From positions 39,547-103,546 of the IMG/VR virus record IMGVR_UViG_3300030099_007533: a stretch of DNA of 64,000 bases; one strand, 5' to 3'. The notes under the pieces are model-generated. The model did no database searches, was not told where the DNA came from, and saw only the letters and a program-made list of their open reading frames with translations. Shown here piece by piece: positions 57,211-64,000 of this stretch. This stretch comes from a virus. Made by a program: the position numbers and the translations under genes. Every line of letters begins with the position of its first letter. Positions within the stretch are counted from its first letter, which is position 1.

Positions 57211-58526
57211 TATAAAACCTTTGCTGCTAATGTCGCGACCTTTGATCTTTCACCCTTTTGCAGTGAAATATGTCCTGCGAGGTCGTGCTCCTTAAATTTT
57301 TCTACAGCATAAGACAACCCATTGCTTGTTGCGTCCAAATATACTGTATCAATTTGTTCAATGTCGCCGGTTAGAACAATCTTTGTGCCTTCTCCAACAC
57401 GAGTAATAATAGTTTTTAATTCGTGAACTGATAAATTCTGAGCCTCATCAATAATAATAAAAGCCTTTGCAATAGATCGTCCACGAATATATGTCAAAGC
57501 CTCAATCTCGATTATCCCTCTTTCAGCATACATCTCTAATGCTACTTTATCATTTCCCATTAAAAATTGTAAGTTGTCTTGCACTGGAGCCAACCATGGA
57601 GCCATCTTTTCCTCTAATGTACCCGGTAGAAAACCAATATCTCTGCCCATCGGCATCACTGGTCTTGAAACTACAAGCTTATTGTAGATTGGTTCTTTAC
57701 CACTTTCATCTAAGACCTGTTCCAATCCAGCAGCAACAGCCAGTAAAGTTTTACCGCAACCAGCGGCACCAATGAGGGATACGATTGGCACGTTTGGATC
57801 AAGTAGCAAATCAATTGCAAATGATTGTTCTTTGTTCCTTGCGGTAATTCCCCAGACTCCATGTTTATGAATTCCTGCTTTAATAAGCGGTTTGTTGTAT
57901 GCTAAGAATCTTGCTAATGCAGTTTTCTTTTCATTAGAATTAGAGATCAGCATAACAAATTGGTTGGGTAATAATAACTTTTCTTCTTTTTCAATAAAAA
58001 TTTTCTCACCGGAGTAGAAATGGTCGATAATCTGATCATCTACCAAATGCTTTTCTAAGCCCGTATAAAGCTTGCTACGGTCGCTTACGACTTGGTTTAT
58101 GTCATACCCCTCACAAGGTATACCAAGGGCGTCACAACGCACTCTGAGGTTAATATCGCGGGAAACAACAACAACTCTTTTTCCATCATTTACTTCGTTC
58201 AGCGCACAAGCTAAAATAATATTATCTGGGTCTCTTTTATTGGATTCCGCTGGCAACGAAGAAACATCTGAGATTCTTGCTCTGAGTAGCCCTTTGCCTT
58301 TTTCAATGCGGACGCCCTTTTCAATAGAACCTTTGCCACGATATTCATCTAAAAGACGAATGGTGTGGCGAGCATTAGCCCCCACACCATCTTGCCTCTT
58401 TTTGTGTTTATCAATCTCTTCTAAAACTTTTAATGGAATAACAATATCATTTCTTCCAAAGTTCTTAAAAGCTGTTGGGTCTGAAAGGTAAACATTTGTA
58501 TCTAAGATATAAGTCTTTTTAGCCAT
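57210..58526 (-). CDS. phoH: PIN-domain PhoH-family ATPase (PhoH2/YlaK-type)
   Basis: ILDTNV PIN domain; GAAGCGKT Walker A; GFLPG; YIRGRS; DEAQN; TRVGEG; GD..QID. Confidence 0.93.
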   Translation of the reverse strand: MAKKTYILDTNVYLSDPTAFKNFGRNDIVIPLKVLEEIDKHKKRQDGVGANARHTIRLLDEYRGKGSIEKGVRIEKGKGLLRARISDVSSLPAESNKRDPDNIILACALNEVNDGKRVVVVSRDINLRVRCDALGIPCEGYDINQVVSDRSKLYTGLEKHLVDDQIIDHFYSGEKIFIEKEEKLLLPNQFVMLISNSNEKKTALARFLAYNKPLIKAGIHKHGVWGITARNKEQSFAIDLLLDPNVPIVSLIGAAGCGKTLLAVAAGLEQVLDESGKEPIYNKLVVSRPVMPMGRDIGFLPGTLEEKMAPWLAPVQDNLQFLMGNDKVALEMYAERGIIEIEALTYIRGRSIAKAFIIIDEAQNLSVHELKTIITRVGEGTKIVLTGDIEQIDTVYLDATSNGLSYAVEKFKEHDLAGHISLQKGERSKVATLAAKVL

Positions 58527-59184
58527 TCTCTACGATCTCGTCAACGAGTCCGATCTCAACACACTTTTCAGCATCAAACCACTTATCTCTTTTAAGAATT
58601 TCTGTGATTTGTCTCATTGATAAATTAGTTCTTTCCTTGTAAATTTTCTTGATTTTTGTCATGATCAAGTCAAGGTTTTCCATCTCATCTTTGAAATCTT
58701 CAAACTTACCCCACATAGCAGAGGAAAGCTGATGAATAAGCATGTGTGAGTGCTCGTAAATAAATCTTTTGTCTCCAACGACGCTAATTAAGGTTGCCGC
58801 TGAAGCAGCAGAGCCGTCGATGTATGTGTGAACTGGTGTCTTACAGTTTAAAATTACATCAACTGTTGAAAACCCCGCAAAAACAGAGCCCCCGTATGAA
58901 TTAATATGTAATTTGATTGGTGGTGGGTTTGTATCATATTTTACTTTGAATACTTGTAGATCTTTATCAACTGCTCTGAGTGCTTTATTGAGAAGTTTTG
59001 CATTTTTTTCACTAACCTCTCCATAAAACATAATCACGTTGTCTACTACGTCTACGCACTCTAAAGCAGGTGGTGGTCCATTTTCGCCGCCCATAAGAAT
59101 AATTGGTGTTACTCCACCCTCTTCTTGAGACTCTTCTTCAATTTTCTCTTTGGTTTTATCGTCGCACCAATAATATCTTGTCAT
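58519..59184 (-). CDS. ClpP-like (S14) serine protease
   Basis: HINSYGG.V..G, AASAA (Ser), MLIHQ (His), RDKWF.A..C..IGLVD.I. Confidence 0.9.
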   Translation of the reverse strand: MTRYYWCDDKTKEKIEEESQEEGGVTPIILMGGENGPPPALECVDVVDNVIMFYGEVSEKNAKLLNKALRAVDKDLQVFKVKYDTNPPPIKLHINSYGGSVFAGFSTVDVILNCKTPVHTYIDGSAASAATLISVVGDKRFIYEHSHMLIHQLSSAMWGKFEDFKDEMENLDLIMTKIKKIYKERTNLSMRQITEILKRDKWFDAEKCVEIGLVDEIVENG

Positions 59185-59197
59185 GTTGTTTCCTTTT

Positions 59198-59206
59198 ATA
59201 ATTAGT
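59198..59206 (-). promoter_or_regulatory. Candidate phage late promoter ACTAATTAT upstream of the ClpP-like gene
   Basis: Identical to the 11000-11008 motif; 13 nt before ATG 59184, followed by an AAGGA RBS. Confidence 0.5.
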
Positions 59207-59426
59207 TGAGTTCACTTGGAACTGAATTATCATGTGTATATAAAATTTCATAAACACCTATAATCCTATATTGACCCGAATCTGAGTCGGGTTCACCATT
59301 AAGTTTGTCAAGATAATCGTAAGCAAAATTCATTGCTTCAGTAAAATTATCTAAATTTTTATGGCAACTTGTGCCTCGCTTAGTTTTATCATTCTTAAAA
59401 TGAAATTTAAAAAATTTATTATTCAT
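59202..59426 (-). CDS. Hypothetical protein (74 aa)
   Basis: Start re-called at MNNKFF with a GGGAG RBS just after the purA stop. Confidence 0.55.
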   Translation of the reverse strand: MNNKFFKFHFKNDKTKRGTSCHKNLDNFTEAMNFAYDYLDKLNGEPDSDSGQYRIIGVYEILYTHDNSVPSELN

Positions 59427-59436
59427 TTTATTCTCC

Positions 59437-60447
59437 CTAAATTTTGTGTGGGCTGTCTGAAAAGAAAATATCCATATCCTTCCCAGTGCCAGCCAAGAAT
59501 TCTTCAATTCTGTTAGTAAAGTCTTCTTCTGTTGAAAAATATTCAAAGAAGTCTGATTTACCATCGTTGTTTCTAAGACTCCAGTTACTAACCTGCCGCA
59601 TAATATCCATCTTGTTAATCACAACACGGTTCACAGCGTTCAGTTGAACTGACTTCTTAAGAAATGGAAGACTAAGCCAGTTACACTGCCTAACTCTTCC
59701 AGTTGTAGCGCCAAATTCCTGTCCTGCTTCTTGTATATGAGCAAAAACTTTATTATGTGGTGGTTGGAACTGCTTTGTACCAACATAAGTCTCATAAGCT
59801 TTGGCAACTCCCCAGACATCACGGATGGCATAATGAGGAATGGCATTTAAAAGCACCGAGGATGTCAGACAATGGCTTGAAGTAACGTAAGGGTAGTCTC
59901 CCCAGTCAATATCCAATCCAAAGCCTTGAGCGCCTTCACAGAGGATTTTAACATCAGACTGATTCCAGAACTCATCATGTAGATCAATCAAGTACGGCTT
60001 AAGCTCTGGAACATCTTTAGCCATGATACCTGTTCTGGCATATTTATCTCTGTAAGCAGGACCATTGCCTCGCTTGGTAGTACCAATCTTTTTATCTTTA
60101 CCATCTTCTTCTTTGTGGTCATCTGTAATTACATGACAGTTTTTAGCGACATAAATAAGTCCCGTGGTGTCAATCCCACCTGACTTAAGTTCATCTAACT
60201 CTTTAAAAAACTGTACAGGATCAAGTACACAGCCATTGCCAATGATACTTTTGATCCCAAAAAAGACCCCTGCTGGGATGTGATGCGTAACAAACTTACG
60301 ACCCTCATGGAAAATAGTATGACCAGCATTGCAGCCACCATTGTAGCGTAGGACATGAGTATACCCTCCTGTCTTACATAGGTGGTGAGTTACTTTTCCT
60401 TTACCCTCATCACCATATTGAAGTCCAACAACGACATCAGCGATCAT
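59437..60447 (-). CDS. purA: Adenylosuccinate synthetase (short form)
   Basis: GLQYGDEGKGK, GGCNAGHT, IGTTKRGNGPAY.DK, EGAQGF.LDID.G.YPYVTSS, EFGATTGR.R. Confidence 0.95.
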   Translation of the reverse strand: MIADVVVGLQYGDEGKGKVTHHLCKTGGYTHVLRYNGGCNAGHTIFHEGRKFVTHHIPAGVFFGIKSIIGNGCVLDPVQFFKELDELKSGGIDTTGLIYVAKNCHVITDDHKEEDGKDKKIGTTKRGNGPAYRDKYARTGIMAKDVPELKPYLIDLHDEFWNQSDVKILCEGAQGFGLDIDWGDYPYVTSSHCLTSSVLLNAIPHYAIRDVWGVAKAYETYVGTKQFQPPHNKVFAHIQEAGQEFGATTGRVRQCNWLSLPFLKKSVQLNAVNRVVINKMDIMRQVSNWSLRNNDGKSDFFEYFSTEEDFTNRIEEFLAGTGKDMDIFFSDSPHKI

Positions 60448-60664
60448 TCATCTTCTCCTTGCGTTGCTTCTTGCGACTAAGCCGCTTTGGTTCTTCAGTG
60501 TTAGTTGATCTGGTTTTTACCACATAACCCTTCAACTGCTTTTTAACTTTAACTTGTAAATTTTTTTCTGAGGAAAGCTGCTTTCTTTTTCTATCCGCAC
60601 CCTCAAAAGTTTCAAAACGACCTGCAATCTTCCACGGTCGTCCAAATAATGGATTTGCCTCCAT
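60437..60664 (-). CDS. Small basic hypothetical protein
   Basis: GGAGG RBS; overlaps the purA start. Confidence 0.6.
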   Translation of the reverse strand: MEANPLFGRPWKIAGRFETFEGADRKRKQLSSEKNLQVKVKKQLKGYVVKTRSTNTEEPKRLSRKKQRKEKMNDR

Positions 60665-60673
60665 AGTAACCTC

Positions 60674-60985
60674 CTATTTCTTTGGCTTAATAAAATATGT
60701 CTGAATATAATAACCAGCTACTTTAAATTTTTCACCAGTCTTTACACACAACATAATGTGTGGTTTATAAGTATAAACTTCTTTTCTCTTACTGTCAACC
60801 TTTTTAACTACCTTCTCTGTTTCCTGACCAGCATAAATGAAAAGAGATTGTTTATAATCTAAATTTTCTTGAAACACAGGAGAAAAACCTCCTAATGTTA
60901 ATCTATCTTTTTTTACTATTACTTGTTTCTTAGTAGTAGGTTTGATAATGTAGAATTCTCCAACTACTAACTCTGAAATCTTCAT
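60674..60985 (-). CDS. Basic hypothetical protein
   Basis: 103 aa; directly preceded by a sigma70-type promoter. Confidence 0.6.
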   Translation of the reverse strand: MKISELVVGEFYIIKPTTKKQVIVKKDRLTLGGFSPVFQENLDYKQSLFIYAGQETEKVVKKVDSKRKEVYTYKPHIMLCVKTGEKFKVAGYYIQTYFIKPKK

Positions 60986-60987
60986 AA

Positions 60988-61356
60988 TCAGATTGTATCA
61001 TCATAAGGTTTATCTGTTAAGTGTGTTGTGTCAAAGTAGTCCTCCAATTCATAACCTTTCTGAATATATTTAAGTTGTTTGTACGATATACCTAAAATAT
61101 AAGAAGCTTTGATCTTAGAGTTTGTAGCTGCTATGGCAAACTTAACAACTGCATTTCTTGCAATGTCTTGAATATATTTATACAACTGAAGTCCATAGAA
61201 TTTACCTTTGAAAGTTTTGCTTGACAACTCTAATTTAAGGGCTATAATATCTTCTAAGGTAAGATTACTTAATCTAACTTCAAAATCTTCATCTATCTTA
61301 TTTTCTAATTTTAACTTCTTACTTATAGAATAATTCTTCTTAGGATCTTTCTTCAT
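60988..61356 (-). CDS. Fis-type HTH DNA-binding protein
   Basis: C-terminal AIAATNSKIKASYILGISYKQL resembles the Fis HTH. Confidence 0.6.
   Translation of the reverse strand: MKKDPKKNYSISKKLKLENKIDEDFEVRLSNLTLEDIIALKLELSSKTFKGKFYGLQLYKYIQDIARNAVVKFAIAATNSKIKASYILGISYKQLKYIQKGYELEDYFDTTHLTDKPYDDTI
60992..61020 (-). promoter_or_regulatory. Sigma70-type promoter, leaderless layout
   Basis: TTAACA-N17-TACAAT with TGn extended -10, then 6 nt to ATG 60985. Confidence 0.6.
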
Positions 61357-63995
61357 TGAAATAGACTATTTTTTAAAGTCTCTTTTACTGCTTTCTTTAT
61401 TTCTTCAGATACTGTCTCTTCACCTTTAGCAGTAAACTGAGCTTTATCTGCTGTTTGTTTTTCATACTCAGGTGTAGTAACAGGTTCTAATTCAGGGGCA
61501 ATATCATTTTCAAATTTATCAAAGTATAGTAAAAGATTTGTTACAAGATACTCTTTAAATTCTTTTCTATCGCTTTCGTTATGTAGAGTTCTGTAGTTTC
61601 TTGTTACTGCATCAACAGTCTTTTTGTAGACATCTACTGATTCATCTCTACCAGTCTCATCTAAACCGGGAATTTGTGGGATTGGAATATCAGTTTTCTT
61701 ACCTTCAATATCTTTGAGTGTAACACCAGCATCTTTTGTGATTTGAGCATCGTCACCAAGCTCCTCATCTTCAATTTCAGCACTGAGATCAGCTTCTGGT
61801 GTTTCCTCATCAGTTACAGTTACTTCAATTTGATCCTGTTCTTCAAGGGCAGAGCCACCAAGCATACCAACAGATTCACCACCAGACGCCGCTCTGATTG
61901 CATCCTGTGGAGAAAGAGTGTCAATAATAGCTTTGAGATAATGTTGCTTGAAAGAGTCTCTCTGTTCTTTATCAGTGGTTAAAGATTTATATCCACTTTC
62001 TACTGTTGGTAGAATAATTTTCAACGCTTGAATTAATTTATTTAATCCAGTTGATTTTGTTGGCGTATCCTGTTCCTTAATGATTTGTCGGATAAGTTCT
62101 CTTAATTGTTTTTCTTCATTTAGCATATTGTTTCTCTCTTTATTAACAAGATGTCTTATTACTTGACGTAATTGTTCCTTATAAATAGTTTGTTCGCACC
62201 TCTTTTTACCCGAAGTAAAAGGGAGTGGGTAGCCCGCAACATTTGCAGCGACGGATGCTTCACCCATAACGCCCCCAAGCATTTCAAATATTTCTTTTGT
62301 TTCATCATCAGAAAGTTTTTCTGGCATAAAAGCCTTAAATGTATCAAAGTCGCCTTCGCTAATCGCCTTTCTCATTTGAGTAGCAGAAAATTTAACACCG
62401 GGTTCAACTTCAATTTTTTCTGCTTTTAATGGTTCAAAAGTGAAATTCTTTGGATTTTTTTTCTTATTATTTAAATAAGTTGCTGCATTCTTTACAAAAT
62501 TAATATGCTCATCTTCTGAAGAGACAGCAACAATCTTTGAATTTGGGTTAATGTTTTCAATATCATTTTCCATTCTAAGACCAATTCTTAAGAATGGACT
62601 TGATGAAGTTATTACAGAACCATCTTCTTTCTTTCTATTCGTCTTAAAACGATCAAAATAATCAAGTTTTACTTCATTATTAATGCCATATTTTTCAATG
62701 TATTTTTCCCAAACTTGCTTTGCTTGTTCAGCACTAATTTCTAAATCACCTGCTGCACGCTTTGTTGGACCACTTGTAATATGAACAATCGCATCAGGGT
62801 ACTTCTGAATTGCTTGAAGAAGTAGTGAAAGATGTCCCTTATGAGGAGGTTTAAAGCCGCCGGGAATAAAGACGTGTGTTTCAACGTCTTCAATGTCAGC
62901 AATTTGAGCTTCTAAATCATCTTCATAATCAGGATCAAGTTCATTTTGCTCTCTTACGGCGGCACGATTTGCTCTTGTAAATTTGGATCTATCAACCAAT
63001 TTGATTAATTTGCCATCGTCAGATAGAACATAACCCTCACCAACTTCTTCACCGCCGAGGGATTGACTAAACGGCAAGCCTCCTTGAGTGTCAATGCTTC
63101 TAATAATGTCGTCTTTAATCTGCATTATTCTGGTGACAACATCCCAAACCAAGGTGTATGTTTCCAGATTTTCAGAAATGTAATTCTTTACGTTTAGTTT
63201 TTTGCCATCTGAGACACTGCCTTTGCTGACAAGCCAATCATTAAAGTCTTCACCCAAACTTTCTAAGCCTGTGTCAACTTTGCTGTTTAAGTATCCATAG
63301 AATAAGTTTGGTAAATCTGAAATGCCGAGCTTCTTTAGGCGCCCAGCATTAAAAAACTCATCTAATTTTGACATATTTTGTTCAACTAAATTAATAATTG
63401 CTTCAATCTCGTCATCATTAACGGCGACGGGCTTCTCAATAAAAGTTTTACCAAAAAACAAAATGTCTGGATCTGGTGACATACCGTCAAAATTTAGTGG
63501 CTGATTTTCAAGAGTTTCAACATCTTTCTTCAAGTGAAGCACAATGCCTACATCTGATTTTTCAATCTTTTTACCCATTTCTGAGTTTTTGTCAACCTTA
63601 TACTTTACCATATTTGGCTTGAATACAAACTTATCATCTTCAATCTCTGGCTTATCAAAGTATAGAACTTCACCAAAGAAATAACCTCTATGATCAGGGT
63701 CAACCGATTTTTCTGCAAGCCTAAATGCTTTTTGCATTAAAGGTGAAATCTTGGAATATCTTTTCTCAAAAACTTCATCTGGGGTCATGCCCATCTTTTT
63801 GGCAGCACGAGCAGCACGGGAACGGTACATTTGTTCCATTTCTTCTTCAGAACCAACCTTTCCTTTATAAGATTTTACACCAAAGCCGCTTTTATCAGTG
63901 AAAATAAAGTTTCCATCTACATCACGACCAAAAATAACAGCCGGGGAACCATCCCATTTGACTGATGTCTCAGGGCGACCCTCTGGATCGTTCAT
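61353..63995 (-). CDS. Multidomain protein: ligase-like nucleotidyltransferase (DUF6267-like) + HxGH cytidylyltransferase-like domain + acidic domain; probably 5'-truncated
   Basis: KWDG (motif I), FFGEVLY, EGYV, IKLV; then PGGFKPPHKGH and SATQMR; the frame is open to the window edge. Confidence 0.7.
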   Translation of the reverse strand: MNDPEGRPETSVKWDGSPAVIFGRDVDGNFIFTDKSGFGVKSYKGKVGSEEEMEQMYRSRAARAAKKMGMTPDEVFEKRYSKISPLMQKAFRLAEKSVDPDHRGYFFGEVLYFDKPEIEDDKFVFKPNMVKYKVDKNSEMGKKIEKSDVGIVLHLKKDVETLENQPLNFDGMSPDPDILFFGKTFIEKPVAVNDDEIEAIINLVEQNMSKLDEFFNAGRLKKLGISDLPNLFYGYLNSKVDTGLESLGEDFNDWLVSKGSVSDGKKLNVKNYISENLETYTLVWDVVTRIMQIKDDIIRSIDTQGGLPFSQSLGGEEVGEGYVLSDDGKLIKLVDRSKFTRANRAAVREQNELDPDYEDDLEAQIADIEDVETHVFIPGGFKPPHKGHLSLLLQAIQKYPDAIVHITSGPTKRAAGDLEISAEQAKQVWEKYIEKYGINNEVKLDYFDRFKTNRKKEDGSVITSSSPFLRIGLRMENDIENINPNSKIVAVSSEDEHINFVKNAATYLNNKKKNPKNFTFEPLKAEKIEVEPGVKFSATQMRKAISEGDFDTFKAFMPEKLSDDETKEIFEMLGGVMGEASVAANVAGYPLPFTSGKKRCEQTIYKEQLRQVIRHLVNKERNNMLNEEKQLRELIRQIIKEQDTPTKSTGLNKLIQALKIILPTVESGYKSLTTDKEQRDSFKQHYLKAIIDTLSPQDAIRAASGGESVGMLGGSALEEQDQIEVTVTDEETPEADLSAEIEDEELGDDAQITKDAGVTLKDIEGKKTDIPIPQIPGLDETGRDESVDVYKKTVDAVTRNYRTLHNESDRKEFKEYLVTNLLLYFDKFENDIAPELEPVTTPEYEKQTADKAQFTAKGEETVSEEIKKAVKETLKNSLFQ
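62181..62189 (-). promoter_or_regulatory. Intragenic copy of the late motif ACTATTTAT
   Basis: At a domain junction of the 880-aa ORF, 54 nt upstream of in-frame ATG 62126. Confidence 0.3.
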
Positions 63996-64000
63996 CTTCT

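Noticed and set aside
1-64000. All plus-strand ORFs and short nested minus-strand ORFs in the track (e.g. 11125-11493, 35687-36001, 58072-58491)
   Set aside because: They lie antisense to, or out of frame within, motif-supported genes and have no recognisable motifs; they are shadows of codon bias or low complexity.
1-64000. Stop-codon reassignment, as in some large phages
   Set aside because: Genes up to 2944 aa are intact in the standard code, and TAA, TAG and TGA all end genes at coupled junctions.
1-64000. tRNA, rRNA, CRISPR array, integrase/IS, intron or intein
   Set aside because: No intergenic room and no such patterns seen by eye; a covariance-model search was not run.

Overview
This is a 64-kb fragment of a large, AT-rich, T4-like contractile-tailed phage. 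It uses the standard genetic code, and every credible gene lies on the minus strand with tight ATGA/TAATG coupling. In transcription order (right to left) it has four parts. (i) 55.4-64 kb: accessory genes, namely a ligase-like/HxGH nucleotidyltransferase fusion, a Fis-type HTH, purA, a ClpP-like protease, PIN-PhoH, an HExxH peptidase and a PD-(D/E)XK nuclease. (ii) 31.4-55.4 kb: a ~24-kb glycan-biosynthesis cluster with 8 recognisable and 3 putative glycosyltransferases, GDP-fucose, 3,6-dideoxy/branched-sugar and amino-sugar enzymes, formyl/acetyl/methyl transferases, deacetylases and a CMAH-like MBL protein. It has no recognisable membrane, flippase, polymerase or lipid-carrier gene. (iii) 2.3-30.7 kb: a gp55-like late sigma factor followed by a baseplate/tail module (spike, gp25, gp6, LamG proteins including a 2944-aa giant). 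(iv) 1-2.3 kb: RuvC, primase and a partial Mre11/SbcD nuclease. The main hypothesis is a phage-encoded virion O-glycosylation system. A subset of tail/baseplate proteins is strongly enriched in an [S/T]-G-S tripeptide (candidate sequon), next to an all-soluble glycan cluster. That cluster carries scars of gene swapping: 5' gene stubs and a duplicated promoter plus start. I also found a candidate late-promoter motif (consensus ACTAWTTAT), leaderless sigma70-type promoters, and a probable protease-processed internal-head polyprotein. All calls come from motif recognition by eye; no searches were run.
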